From the NCBI GenBank assembly GCA_951406725.2, contig OX597832.1, positions 31,248,001-31,312,000 of the forward strand: a stretch of 64,000 bases of DNA. The letters run 5' to 3'. Source of the stretch: Octopus vulgaris. Its lineage: Eukaryota. The translations under genes and the position numbers were made by a program. The notes under the pieces are model-generated. The model did no database searches, had not been told where the DNA came from, and worked only from the letters and a program-made list of their open reading frames with translations. Shown one piece after another: positions 36,101 through 48,855 of this stretch. Every line of letters starts with the position of its first letter. Position 1 is the stretch's first letter.

Positions 36101-39100
36101 GTACTGACTGACCAGTCGAGAATTCCGAGAAGTATAAAAGATAAAACAAAAAAACAAACCAAAACAAAGCCTAACTCTTGCCCCGTTAACAATTAATGAA
36201 TGAAGCCAAGTGTCTGATTAAGTTGTGCTAAATAAAATAGAACCAGCAAGTGGCTTATTAATAGTGCATTGGTGCATGGAGGGAGACGGAACAGCCATAA
36301 TTATGTTAACCATTTAAGCGCCATCTTCAATTTAAATGGTTGCAATACAAGCCCCGTACCCACTGGCACTGAAGAGGGTGGTGAGGAAGAGAGAGAGAGT
36401 AAAAGGTAGCTATTAGATACAGCTGCAGACATAACTCTCACCCTTTGTGGTGGTGGTGGTGGTGGTGACTACTACATTACTGCCAGTTGCTAATATACCA
36501 TAAATTTAGCAACGACACTGCTACAGATTATGGTTTTTAAATCAGAAAATTGCCAGATGATGGGAGAGTAAGTTTTAATACTAGATTGCAGAGAGAATTG
36601 TAAACACTGAGGAGTGTGTTTGTGTGTGTGCATGGGAAGCCAGTAACTGGCAAACACGTTTAACAGAAAGTACTCATGAATCATTGAACCTGAGTACATA
36701 AGACAGAGACATAAAGAGCTCACTCAAATAACAAGACCTGTGTTGTGTGTATAGACATTTATATACACAAAGACATTCAATACAAACCACCCTAAATGAA
36801 GTCCAGTTTTGAAATGTCAATACATAAAAATATCTCTCACACACACACCTACGTTCCCAAAACTTGAGTAGGTCATCACCAACAATACAACACCATACAA
36901 TTTAAATGATTTCTTCGTTCAGTCATATTGATAATTATTGAAAAACTGACTAACGATCCACAATTCACACGCAGTAAATGAAACACTTCTTACCTAATAT
37001 CTCTGATTACATACTTCCATAATGCCTAATGGCCTAACAGTAGTAGTAGTAATACTAAATATAGCTTTTACTACCATCACCACCACCACCACGTGTGGTG
37101 TGTGTATATGTTTTATGTGTATATATATTATATATCAGCAACAACAGTGCAGTTCTGTCTTCTTCTCCGCTAAACACTTTGGACCCAATACGTGAGTCAT
37201 ATTGAATGAGTCAGTCAGAAGAAGGGAACTTTTTTTCCCCCTCCTTCTCTTTTATACACAAGGAATAATAATGTAGTTGTAACAACAGCCAGTAGTTTGG
37301 CCTGACATTTGAACAAGCCCAGACTGTGTATTATTGAGAGAGGTTGATGTAGAGTGCTTTAATGCAAGCTGTCAGATCATGAAAGGGGAAAGTTGTAAGC
37401 CAGAGGAGGAGGAGGAACAAGGCAGGCAGCATGGATGGAGAGACAGAGCCAGTGAGGAGGAGGAGTAGCAGCACAGCCAGCCAGAGCTATCAGTTCAAAC
37501 AGATCCCTTTTGCTGATAATTCCAGTCAAGTTTGATGAGGAAAGGGGGGGGGGTACGGAACACTTACATTATGGCTTTCATTAAAAGTGCCAGGATGTGA
37601 AAAAAAAATTTGGATATTAGAAGAGAAAAATGAAAGTATTTAAGAAGCGGAAGAGGTGAAGCACTGACACCACCCATCTTCAATCTTTAAAAGCTTTCTG
37701 TAAATAAACAAAACATGGGAACAGATTGCTAAAGCCGATAATTCTAACAACATAATCATGTCAGTATGTTAAAATAGTGACTGGGGGCTTTTACGAAATC
37801 TTAAATCCATCATCGAGGGAACTCCAATTGATGGGGAAAGTCAACAGCGGTTTTCCTTTGCCTTTTAAACCTCTACAAAAAACAATTCTCTGAAACACTG
37901 TGGTTCTTCAATTCGTATCATTTAATCATCCACCCACACACCCTGAAGCGTGTAATTCACCCACCCCAGAAATTGAGGTGCAGGCATGGCTGTGTGGTAA
38001 GAAGTCTGCTTCCTAACCGCATGGTCCCAGGCTCAGTCCCACTGTGTGGAAACTCAGGCAAGTGCCTTCTACCACAGCCTAAGACTAACCAAAGACTTGT
38101 AAGTGGATTCAGTCGGTAGACGGAAACTAAAAGAAGCCTGCCATGTGTCTTCTTTTTTCCGTACTTGTTCCACCATCACTGCTTGCAGCCAAAGAGTGTG
38201 ATAGACTAGCAGGTTTAAAATTCTTCAAAGTGGTGCCCCAGCATGGCCACAATCTAATGACAAACTAGACAAAAATACACCACTCCTTGCTGTAGACCAA
38301 ATCAAATTTTAAAAAACATTGCAAAGCAGAATCGATGTCAACTACTTTGGATTAAAATTTTACATTAAACCATTTAAAAGTGAAGGGAAAATGTCTTGGT
38401 CAGTGGTCAGTGAAGGGGATGGTATTTTTGGCTCCTGCCATGACCCTTCTTCACTCCCAAGAAAGGCTCAGAGAGCACACTGAACCAGCTATTGTTCATC
38501 TCTGCTGAGGTGGGAGTGGGGGTGGCCCCTATTAATTGATGTGTGAATACTACCAGGTCTTGCCTGACTTCACCCACTGAATTTATACAACAACAACAAC
38601 AAAAGTAATTGAACAGAAAACACACATTCCACCACCACCCCCCCCCATGGCCGCCACCTCGCTCTATCAGCTGTTACAATTGTTACTCAGTGTTGTTGCT
38701 AATGAATGTGGGCCACATGAAACCAAAGGTGACAGCTGCTTCTGCAACTTAACACATCTCATTCCCAACAACAACAACAACAACAACACACAAGCTTTTC
38801 CAAACAAACATCAAAGGATGAATACAGTTTCTGAAAATATGATACATCTCTCCCCCACCCCAGGGACAGATTCATGAACAATTCCAGTGAGGGGAGGGGA
38901 GGAAATTTACAATTATTTCACAGTAAATAAAATATTTAACATGTTTATATAACTACAGAATATGGACAGTGGTAGGATGGATGCAGTAGACATCAGAGCT
39001 TCCCCCCGCCCCGCAATAATGTTAGCTGGACAGAATCACTCCACACATGACTAACCCACCTGAACCAAGTCAGTGGTTAACCTTCACCTATTGCCGAAGC

Positions 39101-40797
39101 AGACAGGTGGAAGGACAGGGCACTGGCAGTAGGATTATCTCCCTTGTATGCACTGTACTCCAGTGACATGAGTACACCCCCCCCAGTCCCACTGCTTAAG
39201 ACAATATTTGGATTAAAGTACAACAAATGCCATCAGTAAGATTCTTGCCACGGAACCACCTGGTGAACAAACCAAGGGGTTACAAGGTCCTCTAAAACAC
39301 ACATTATAGTAATGTAGTTCCTAAATTGACAACAGTCAAGAACATTCCATTTTTGAAAAGGATCTGAGATCAGTTCCAACCAACAGCAACTACATACGGC
39401 TCCCTGTATTGCTTCTGGGACTCTGCTGAACTTGCCAGATATAACTTCTTTTTTTTTTCAGTGGTCGTGACTGTATACACTTACATAGGGCAGAGCAGAC
39501 CATAGACATACAAGCATCACCACCAGGTCCCATACAACTGGCTCCCAGAAATGGGTAAATTTGCTCCTGCCAACACTAATATTTCTACTCTGTACAAACA
39601 TTCTTATTGTTACCTTCCAGTTATTATTATGGCAATGAGGCGGCAGAAACACTAAAATGTCATGGGTTCCCCTTGACCACAGAGTTCAAATTCTGCCAAG
39701 GTCAGCAACCTTGACCTTCCTCATCAAGGGTTTGGACGTTGATGGTCCCTTCCCCTGATAGCAACTGCAGGACCATTGTTTAAATTAGAAACCCAATAGT
39801 AAAGGTTTCAAACTCTGGTGCCAGACCAGCAAATTAAGGGGTAGTGATGCCCAGTACATAACTGGTACCAGGGTCAGTATTGACTCTGAAAGGATGAAAG
39901 CCAGTTCCAAGAAAGGTCATTGAGCACTTTGACGCACAACTGCCAGCTGTGTAGTGTGGTATAAATTATTAAAAACTAGCAAGACAATCCATCCATTGAC
40001 TTTCTCCTGGATCAGTTGGATCAATACGTTAGTATGGAAGCCCAATGGCAGCAGCAGCAGCAGTGACCTAAACCAGTCATCAATACATACAGCTATGATG
40101 ACTCAATAGAAACATAGACCAGGGGATGATGCTTAAAAAACAACCCTGAAAAGAAAGGAAGGGGGTCTTCATAGTAGGGACCTGTCCACACCAGCACCAC
40201 CATCAAAATCCCATACATGTTGGTCAGCCTGGCAGCTAATTAGTCTATGCAGTAATTAGAATCTTCAAACTTTTACATATGGAAAATTTTTTCATTACAA
40301 AAAGGAATAAAAAAAAAAAAAAAAAAAAAATTCTTTTTACAAGTTTCTGCCAGTGGACCCACACACAAAACATGATACCACCCCTGGTTCCATGGTATAA
40401 ACTTCCTGTTTATAAAATGGTGATCAAAATTTATAACTTTCTCTCAATTTTGGCATCAACATCTGGGGCAGAAATCGACCACCCCTTTATTCTTTTTGTG
40501 AAATAAAGGGTTACACCACTATTAAACATGTATACACAAACGGACTCTCACTCTTAACGAGTGATCAACCCAAGTCTTGTGACATAGAAGAAATTTTGCC
40601 CAAGGTGCAGCAGAGCAGAACCGAACCTGGTACCACGTGGTTGGGGAGCAAACTTAACCACAGCCATGTTTGTCTGTAATAAGGTGGGACTATTATATAT
40701 TTACAGACCCCCACCCCCGGGGCATTTAAAATAAATTTGAGGGAATCGAAACCACTTGGCGGGCTCTGGCTACATACAGACAGCAACATAGACTGGT

Positions 40798-40845
<48 letters not shown>

Positions 40846-43115
40846 CACACGGGTGAACAATAAAAAGGCTTCCCAGAGCCAGTGAAAGCAGAAAAAAGAT
40901 ATCTGAAAGGAGAAGCAGGGGAAGAAGAGGAGGTGGCGGCGGTGGTTATTATGGAAAAGGAGGGGAAAAAAAGGCCAAACAAAAGAAGCAGAAAGGGAAG
41001 TAAGATAGAAGAGGAGTAAGGGAGAGGAAAGTCTTAAGCACCATGTGCTGCTTGTGTTGGGGTTTTATTGTGGTGTTCAGGGAGGAACCACAAAGGAACA
41101 ACAAGATCAGAGAATGGCTGGGAAGGGAAGGTAAGGGAGCAAGCATTTAACAGAACAGGTTTCTATACACACACACACACACACACACGGTGAGGGGCAA
41201 GCATATAAGATTATAAACACACACACAAGGAGGACCCATATTCAGAGAGAAGGTTCCAAGTGTGGTTATGTGACATTTATGCCCTTCCCATAATTAGTGG
41301 GTCATGAAAGGGCAGTAGCCAAGGATGGTAGCAGGACAACGAAAACATCCATCGCAGTCACATTAAAGAAATAAAAAAAAAAAACTTTGTAAAACAAACA
41401 CAGCAAAACATTTTATGTGAGAGAAACCTCGTGGGTAGGAAATTATTTTACACTTCTATACATACATCTAACTATACATAATACACAAAATCACAGTGGT
41501 GAGAGAAGTCTCTCTATGAAAAACAGTGGATCTCGAAGCACCTAAAACTATAAATAATAGCATGTAAACCGTTTTGGATAGAAAAATCGAAGGCCACTTA
41601 AGAGAAGTAGTATACGAATGACAAATCTATACACAGAACCAAACAGGTGACATACAATATATATATATATATACACACATATATGTGTGTGTATATAAAC
41701 GTATTTATAGAGAGAGAGACACACGTATTTATATAGAAAATGCTGATTTATATCTGGTAGAAAAACTCACCTTCCTACTGACAGGGAAAATTTGTTCAGT
41801 GGCAAACTGTAATGGTAATATTATCTCACTGGGTGGTGGTGGTGGACCCGGGGCTGGAAGGGTGGGCAGAGGCTGTACAGGAGGTACATGTAGTGGAGCT
41901 TGGTTGTAAGTCGGATACCAGCATAAATACATCTCAGGACCGTTGCGAGATGGGTGGGGTGTACAACAATTTCTTGTTCCAAGAATTTATATTTTGTGTA
42001 TATATATATATATATATATATATTTGTGTGGGGGGAGGGTGTCAATAAATCCGGCGTGGTGGTGCAGGTGGCGGCGGCGATGATGATGCCGTTCCAATCA
42101 TCGTAAATTCCAGTTGTGATAACGCTAATATTGGTGGTGTAGTCATTGACAGGTGCCCGATATACGGGCGGGCGAACTAGTGCCACCAGAGGCGCTGTTG
42201 TGTACAGACAGCAACTGGAGGCTCGGTTCTAGAGAGAGAGAGAGAGAACACTGGCTGACTGTAATATGTATGTGTGTGAGTGTGTGACAGAGAGAGAGAG
42301 ACACACACAGAGAATGAGTGTTAGAAGAGGAGCGTGTATGTGTATGTGAGTGCGTATCTCTCTTGTCACCAGATCTGTCCCAGTATGAAGAAAAAAAAAA
42401 CAAAATAAAAAAAAATAAATATATGAACCACCACCAAACCACACAAGCCTTATTTTTCTCACACAGGCAAATCTCGTTAGTTTTAGTTTAGTGAACAGCA
42501 GCGGTGGTGGTGGTGGTGGTATTGGTGGTGTTGACGAGGGGGGAAGAGAGAGAGAGAGAGAGAGATCGAGAGAGAAAAAGCTGGAATCAACTTCTACCAC
42601 TGGCTACGATATTGAACAGCAGCAGCTGTAACATTTCTGCTGCTGGTGGTGGTGACGACGGCACAATAATACAATTGCTACATTTTGCATGGTAAAAGCC
42701 CAACTTTCCCTCTCTCTCTCTCTTTCTTCTTTTCCCCCTCCTCTTTCCAAGCAGAGAGGCTGCTAACACCACCACCACCACCGCCGTCGCCACCGCACTA
42801 TAGATTTTTAAGTGCTCTCCTCTCCTATTGAAAAAATAGTGACAATGGGTTTTAAAGCTTGAAAACAAGACAGAACCCGTCGTGGAAAAGTTTAGGTTGG
42901 GTCGGTGAGAGGAGAGAGAGAGAGAGAAGCAACTGGTGGTGGTGGAGGGTAGGACTAAGTAATTGGTCAAGCATACCGAATGCCTGACAATAGCGAAATA
43001 TCAAAGGCCAACAAGCAGTCCTTTCATTTAGCATGCACCAGAACACTTCATATTTTAAATTATACATACATACACATACACTCACAAATACATACTCTAA
43101 ATATTAGATATACAT

Positions 43116-43158
<43 letters not shown>

Positions 43159-46100
43159 AGCGTTTCCAGTGAAATATGTAAAAGTTAACATTCAAGAAGC
43201 TGCACCTCTCTTCTCTTCTCTGCGCATTTATTTCGAGAGAGAAAAGGCGGTAAAATACGAGGGAGGTGGTGGAGAGGGGGGAAGGCAAACATAGGTAAAC
43301 AGAGGGAGGAGGAGGAGGAGGAGAGAGCGAAAGGTCCCATGTGGTGGAGCATTACCGAAGTGTCCACATTCCAGCTTAATATCACCATGAATAAATAAGT
43401 AGAACATGAAATGGGGAAAAAGAAAAACACAAAACAAAGAGATAGAAAGGTAAGAAGAGGGTGTGGGGGGCATGGAGGGAGTGTACAGTGGTGGCGGCGG
43501 TGTTGAGAATCAATTACAATTATTAAAAGAGGAAAAAAACAAAAAAACAAAAACAAAATTAATGATGTAAACCAGATAATGAAACAATACTAACAAACAG
43601 TAATAATGAGTGACAATGAAGAGGAAAGTAATTTAAAAAAGAAAAAAAAAAAAAAATGAACAAAATGAAAACGAAAGCTAATGAGGGGAGGAGGGGGGAC
43701 GACGACGACATGCCAGAACAAATATTATTAATTGCCAAAAGTAGATGCTAATGAAATAATTAACATAAGAAAAATTAAGGGGGGGGGGGAGGAGGTTAAT
43801 GAGCGATGAGGAAGTGTTTCACCAGCAACATTTATACAAAGCCAATATGGTTGCGGTGACAGAGTACAATGGGGGAGGGGGGCTAATGGGTCCCACCCCC
43901 CTTTGAGGAGTTCAATGGAAAGATAAAGGCAATCAACGTCAAAAAAAAAAAAAAAAAAAATCAAGAAAAGGGACCCAGGGAGAACCACGATAACAGAATT
44001 TCATAACAGTCGAAACTCCGTACCCCTGGCTGCGACGCTAAACCACAGATTTTCCATTCTTTCCCTTGGAATGTTCTGCTCAAAATTGCAGGTCATCATT
44101 TTGGTTAGAGACACATCACACCCTGCCATTTAAAACTCCCCAAATACCATTTTTCTTTTAAGTTTATTAGTTTCATTCAATGGACCGTGGCCAAGCCTTG
44201 GGCGTAGAACAAACTCAGTGGTAGCATATAAGCTTGTGACCCCATAGGGGCCATCAAGCCAAGCAGATTTTATCTGGAACATAGAGATATGGAGGGACCC
44301 CCCCCCCCCGACATACACGTAAAGCATAAAAGTGGTCATTTACTCCAAGATCCGTTTGGATCCAGTAAAATCTCTTATCAAACAAGATCTACCAAATCTT
44401 TTTCAAACAATATCTATGACAACACCACACTAAGAGTTCTGTCCAGTAAACTTGTAGTCAAAAACGTTCCATTATGACCACCCCGATCTATCTCTCATCT
44501 AGACAATATATTGAGGGCTTATACTATCAACTATTCAATTCTGAAGAAAGGTCTGCCTTCAGTTATAATTATCACGTGAAGTTCCTTTTGCCGACCAGGT
44601 AGATGTATAATCACAACAGTTCCACCCGTGACCATCTCGGGTATACTACAACCCTTTAACTAAGAGATCGAGATACCGCACATGTATTAAAAAGAAAAAA
44701 GGCCGTGTTGGGATGGAAGTTAAAAAAGACCACAAAGAACAGCAGAGGGGGTGGGGTAGGGCCTCCCCCCCCCCGGCCCTCGCCAACTACCAAAACTGAG
44801 CAACCATCATATTCCATCCAGTAGCTCACAAAATGCTGCCAATTACAATATCCCAGTCATCTTATGACATTTAAGACAAATTAATCCGTGTAAAGCTCGC
44901 TTTTCTAAGCTCCCCCTCCCCCCACCGCCACCGTCGACGGCAGAGCAGCACCACTCAGACATTTTAACATAATTTCGAAAAATGTGTTGACATTTAGCAA
45001 TGTTATTTGCCATAAAGAAGAGAAGGCAAGCAATTAACATAGAATCTAGCAAACAGCGATATAAAATATTAAAGAGAGAGAGAGAGAGAGAGAATGAGAG
45101 CAGGAGGAAATGACTTTTTGCTAAAACATCTCTCATACAAACTCTATTGGGACATTTTTACACAGAACAGAAATAATACAACTTTTAACAGAGCAATCAC
45201 GAATATATTATCACACCTCCATGTTTTAGAGAGAGAGAGAGAGAGAGAGAGAGAATGTCAGGGGAAAATGCCATTGTAGTTAGTGTACTTTCTGCTGGCT
45301 ATTTCCATTCAGAGTTCAAATCCCACACAGGCCTTAGTTTAGCTTTCATCCCTTCAGGGTCGATAAAATAAAGTACCACAAGTATTCAGGTACATGGTTA
45401 TTGACTAGCAACCCCCATCACCAATTTCAGGCCTTACATCCTATTCTTATAGTCTCAGAAGTATTTCTCTTTAAAACCTTGTGAAATAGGTTTCCAGATT
45501 ATTTCAGAATAACAATAGAAAGTCCTTTATACAAATATTGTATAGTATTAAAAAAAAAACCCTTAAAAAGTGTGGGTTGGTCCTTAACTTACACTGACAA
45601 TAAAATACAGAAAAGAAAATGTTTTGGAATGTTAAAAACAAAGGATAAAGCACTCCTATAGAAGTTTTGGTGAAGCTGATAAGGATTTAGAAAGACATGA
45701 CAGGATATTGGTACTTGAAGGAACAATGGAGAACTGTTGGCAAGGTCTGTTTCCACTTGGACACCAAAGTGGAGTGGCAGTGAATGAGGATGGATGTGGT
45801 TTCGTTATAATCTTGGATGTTTATCTAAAAACCAGCCCTCATCCTAACACACACATTTACAAAGATTAGACCTCACAACAAGCTCACATTCGTTACTTGA
45901 CCATGGGTTAAGAGCCACATCACTACCTTAAAATGTAATACCTCCCCCTCATGAAGGGACAGCCGGACTCTTATGTAACCTCCCTCCGCCCTCAACCAAC
46001 AATTCTGAAAGTCACACACACAACTTGATGGGGGTGACCCAATCACTACCTCCTCCTAACACCTTGTCAGTAATAGCAACAGATTTATTCCAAGGGTGTC

Positions 46101-47069
46101 GTCACCCAGCAGGATGACACTACTAATGCGGCACAAGAGTGGCACTGACTATATGGCTCCCTACCTGCTTTTCCCAAGACTGTTGTTGCCAAATATGACA
46201 AAATCTGATAGACACATTACTAGTTTCCAGTCTAGGAGTCACCTACTTTGGGATATTAAAATGCAAAATGTAAAAGCACGTATTGCACAATGAAAGCCAC
46301 AATTCTATATTTACTTCAAGACTATTTTCCATTTAAAATAAATCTCAAATCAGATTCCTTGGAATGTCTTAGAAAGTGGGCCTCCATGAAAAGTTTGGAA
46401 ACTACCAGCAGGAACAACACAAGCCTTATTAATTATTAAATAATTAAACAGAAAGTGTTTTCTGAATATCAATCAAGTTTGCTTTTAAGCGGTTATTGAT
46501 GGGAAACAGCCATACTTCCCCAAATGCTAACAACCAACAGCCATACACACACAATAAATATATAAATATAGTGAGAGGGAGACAGAGAAAGAGAATAAAT
46601 GTTGTATTGCCCTATCTTAATGTCGCCACTATCTGCTTTGAAGAGAGAAAGTCTACCGAGAAAGCTGTAAACATCATGAAGACCTATTGTTCTCGATAAT
46701 AAAAAGAGGTTGTCAATATTTAGTTAGCAGCACATGGTCGCCCAGACTAGCTACTACTACTACTACCACCACCATGTCCATTAACTTATTTGACCAACGT
46801 TTTATCTAGAAGCATACAATGGCCACAAGAACAAAGAACATCTTTATTTACCTTATATATATATAGCACATACACACACTGTGTCCGTCTGACAATTGAT
46901 AGACCTCTAAATGTAAGCAGAGCAGTAATCCGACACACACACAGCTCAGGCACTATTGAAAGTTTATGACGACCAAGTATTTAATATTTTTTAATAAAAT
47001 AAACGTAAAATAAAACACGAGACAATAATAAAAATTGCCTTTACCTTTGTTCCAGACGACAGGAAATCC
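21280..47069 (-). CDS. PTBP1: Polypyrimidine tract-binding protein (PTBP1/PTBP2/hephaestus ortholog), multi-exon gene span from exon 2 to the stop codon; ~560 aa, 4 RRMs
   Basis: Hand-spliced exons join in phase with GT-AG boundaries and give hallmark PTB motifs: [113 protein letters not shown]. Exon 1 (expected MDG) was not located. Confidence 0.97.
21940..22003 (-). CDS. PTBP1: PTB exon ([22 protein letters not shown])
   Basis: ttctag|G AAA GAC...ATT|gtaagt; 64 nt. Confidence 0.96.
23543..23617 (-). CDS. PTBP1: PTB exon ([24 protein letters not shown])
   Basis: cttcag|A TCT...TTT CC|gtaagt; 75 nt. Confidence 0.95.
23727..23845 (-). CDS. PTBP1: PTB exon ([40 protein letters not shown])
   Basis: ttgcag|GAT...ATT CC|gtgagt; 119 nt; RRM4 start. 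Confidence 0.97.
23953..24050 (-). CDS. PTBP1: PTB exon ([33 protein letters not shown])
   Basis: tttcag|CC AAA...CAG|gtagca; 98 nt. Confidence 0.95.
24194..24286 (-). CDS. PTBP1: PTB exon ([31 protein letters not shown])
   Basis: ttactag|GT GTG TAC...TTA G|gtaagt; 93 nt. Confidence 0.97.
24935..24997 (-). promoter_or_regulatory. Candidate recursive-splice / zero-length exon site (junction 24941|24940)
   Basis: Minus strand: a pure pyrimidine tract of >50 nt ending ...cccttcttcccctcctCAG|GTAAGT. Confidence 0.6.
25118..25180 (-). promoter_or_regulatory. Second candidate recursive-splice / zero-length exon site (junction 25124|25123)
   Basis: Minus strand: ctttctctctttctcttcctctctcctgacaaCAG|GTGAGG. 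Confidence 0.5.
25528..25561 (-). CDS. PTBP1: 34-nt PTB exon ([12 protein letters not shown]), equivalent to vertebrate PTBP1 exon 11 / PTBP2 exon 10
   Basis: gactctag|ATGGTCACGCCCGACGTTCTTTTTACCCTTTTTG|gtatgt. Needed to keep frame between the flanking exons; same length and position as the vertebrate NMD-switch exon. Confidence 0.95.
26914..27032 (-). CDS. PTBP1: PTB exon, end of linker and RRM3 start (AVPMSGFG...[11 protein letters not shown])
   Basis: ttctatcag|CT GTA...GAG|gtatgt; 119 nt. Confidence 0.94.
29456..29476 (-). CDS. PTBP1: 21-nt frame-preserving microexon in the PTB linker (APGVGPP)
   Basis: tttgcatttctcttgcttgtag|CTCCCGGAGTGGGTCCGCCAG|gtaagt; phase 1-1; consensus donor. Confidence 0.75.
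30240..30389 (-). CDS. PTBP1: PTB RRM2-RRM3 linker exon ([17 protein letters not shown]...); donor uncertain
   Basis: Phase-1 entry after gttaag|GT TCC CCT GGT, with an Ala/Pro/Gly-rich linker like PTB 'PGIISAS'. Several in-frame phase-1 donor candidates (exon ends 30282, 30267, 30240, 30207, 30204). Confidence 0.7.
31695..31857 (-). CDS. PTBP1: PTB exon 9 ([20 protein letters not shown]...DQALTF)
   Basis: cttgtag|ACT TTG GAT...TTT G|gtaagt; 163 nt; RRM2 C-terminal part. Confidence 0.96.
31884..32021. repeat. 45-bp minisatellite, 3 copies, just upstream of the exon 9 acceptor
   Basis: Unit agtaggggccagtaaacttctatcactgacctcacccatcccacc starting at 31884, 31929 and 31974. Confidence 0.95.
32857..32915 (-). 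CDS. PTBP1: PTB exon 8 ([20 protein letters not shown])
   Basis: ttcatag|AT ACC...ATG|gtaagt; 59 nt. Confidence 0.93.
33347..33398 (-). CDS. PTBP1: PTB exon 7 ([17 protein letters not shown])
   Basis: tttcag|ATA...AAT A|gtgagt; 52 nt. Confidence 0.94.
33508..33639 (-). CDS. PTBP1: PTB exon 6 ([12 protein letters not shown]...[20 protein letters not shown])
   Basis: ttccag|AAC...CAG|gtaaag; 132 nt; RRM2 start. Confidence 0.94.
33790..33838 (-). other. Candidate 49-nt poison cassette exon between PTB exons 5 and 6
   Basis: ttttatggtcag|CTG CAT...GTG TGA...ACAG|gtaagg; in-frame TGA at 33805-33803; CTAAC branch-like motif near 33892. Confidence 0.4.
34485..34631 (-). CDS. PTBP1: PTB exon 5, RRM1 end (AFMEF...[17 protein letters not shown])
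   Basis: tgtag|GCT TTC ATG...CAA|gtgggt; 147 nt. Confidence 0.93.
34790..34939 (-). CDS. PTBP1: PTB exon 4, RRM1 start (VKLEQ...[10 protein letters not shown]...LLLKQKNQ)
   Basis: cttgtag|GTA...CAG|gtatgc; 150 nt. Confidence 0.95.
35702..35806 (-). CDS. PTBP1: PTB exon 3 ([12 protein letters not shown]...DAKK)
   Basis: ttacag|AGA GGA TCG...AAG|gtaagg; 105 nt; NLS/PKA-site region. Confidence 0.93.
37975..38270 (+). mobile_element. Degenerate SINE family A copy (intronic)
   Basis: gcaggcatggctgtgtggtaagaagt...cagtcccactg...gtagacggaaact...ccagcatggccac. Confidence 0.75.
41771..41932 (-). CDS. PTBP1: Probable alternative first coding exon of PTB ([54 protein letters not shown])
   Basis: ATG at 41932 opens 54 codons ending at a strong phase-0 donor AAG|gtgagt. 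It splices in frame to RGSEEL and restores the K-R-G-S motif. Confidence 0.7.
47045..47069 (-). CDS. PTBP1: PTB exon 2 (25 nt; xDFLSSGTK)
   Basis: ttttttccag|GGATTTCCTGTCGTCTGGAACAAAG|gtaaag. Phase 2 in, phase 0 out, ending GTK like vertebrate PTBP1 exon 2, and joins RGSEEL. Confidence 0.85.
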
Positions 47070-48592
47070 CTGGAAAAAAAAAAAAAAGAAAATCATTAAT
47101 ATATTAATACATATATATATAAAAAAACTAGAAAGAACCCCCTCCCTTTTATAGTTAAAAGCGTTCAGAGTGGTTCAAGGGAGAGCACTCGGAAGAAACA
47201 TCAAGGGGAGCAAATCGGATAACATCCGAGAATGAGTTATTCCCCTTAGGAAAAAAAAAATAAAAGAAAATAAACAAGAGCATCTTATATAATCGATAAA
47301 AATATTCTAAAGAAGGCGATATAAATCAAGTCTTAAAAAGAAAATGACAAAAAATCCCGAAACAACTTTCGAAGTTCATATTTTTAAAGATTACAAAAAA
47401 ATAAATAAATAAATAAAAAAAGGTGGCACGCGAAGTACCGTAACATTTATCTCCCCTACAATGTAGACAAAGCAACATCTTCTGGTATGTCCCCCCCTCC
47501 CTTACTTTGCCCTACATTTTTTTTATACAGAAAGAAATCCAGACAGACAGACCTTCCAGTTAATCACACCTGCTTCAAATACATATACACTACCACCACC
47601 ACCACCTCACTGCTTCTAAAATATACTTTCTGGTAAAGCTCAATTAAAGGGGAATTGTATACGCCACCAAAATTGACAGGGGACATCCCAAACAGGACCA
47701 CAATCCTTTTATGAAAGAAATTTAGTAAAACCCAATAGCTTTGATTCAACAATCCACAATGTAAGTATCTAACGAGTCAACTACGTCGTATTGAAACTTA
47801 ACAGGTACAGAGCGACGAAGCAATAAAAAAGTGACACGCTACATAACTATAAATACATATTATACACGCTATACACAGCCCGAAAGAATATATTATGCAC
47901 AAACAATTACAGATACACACACACACACAGTAGTTCAGGAACAAATTATACACCCAGCCCTCATGAACCATACAAACTGGGGGGACTCGTCATTTGAAAG
48001 GACACGATTACAGTTTTGTAATTTTAAACAGCAAAACACCCTTTCTCACTGCCACAAGATTAAAACAAATCTAATAATGACATTCCGACCATTACTAAAC
48101 AGGAGTGGACAAGGTAAAGGGGAAGGAAAGAGAGGGAGAGAGATAAGGGCAGGGTCACCAGAAGGGAAAACAACAGAAAAGGAAATCGTTCTTTACTTTC
48201 AAGGTGAGGCAATCAGGTAGGAGTTGTGTGTGTGTCTGTATAAAACACAGTAGACAGTGTGGTGGTGGTGGAGCGGGGTGCAGCACCTGTCAACGATCGA
48301 TTGTGCCGTGCCCCCCTTCTCTCTCCCTCACACACAGCTATGTGTTAATGTATAAATGTAAAATCAATTGAGTACACAGGAAGACTTGAACGCTTATTAC
48401 CACGACACACCACAAACGACAATACAGGTACGCAAGGGGCTGGGCGCGCGCGCGCGCACACACACACACATAAGTCACTAAGCGCAGACATTAATTGCGA
48501 GAAGGTAAAGAGCTTTTTTTTTTATTTATTACGTAAGCCCTGTGAAGCTGTCACTGATCAAGCAGTGCTTAACACACACACACACGCACACA

Positions 48593-48635
<43 letters not shown>

Positions 48636-48803
48636 GAATGTCCAGTAAACAATGCAACATGTTAAAACAAGTTTACATTTATTTTCAGAAAGTTGGTCAC
48701 AATTCCGTGCCTTTCAATAAAGAACAACAAAAATCAATACGGCTCCACAAAAACATTATTATGAGAAACTTGAGTAACCAGAGGAGAGACGTGTGTTTAC
48801 AAA

Positions 48804-48855
<52 letters not shown>

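Noticed and set aside
42181-42196. CTCF-like motif tgccaccagaggcgct upstream of the alternative first exon
   Set aside because: One base short of the CCASYAGRKGGCRS spacing; not supportable without ChIP data.
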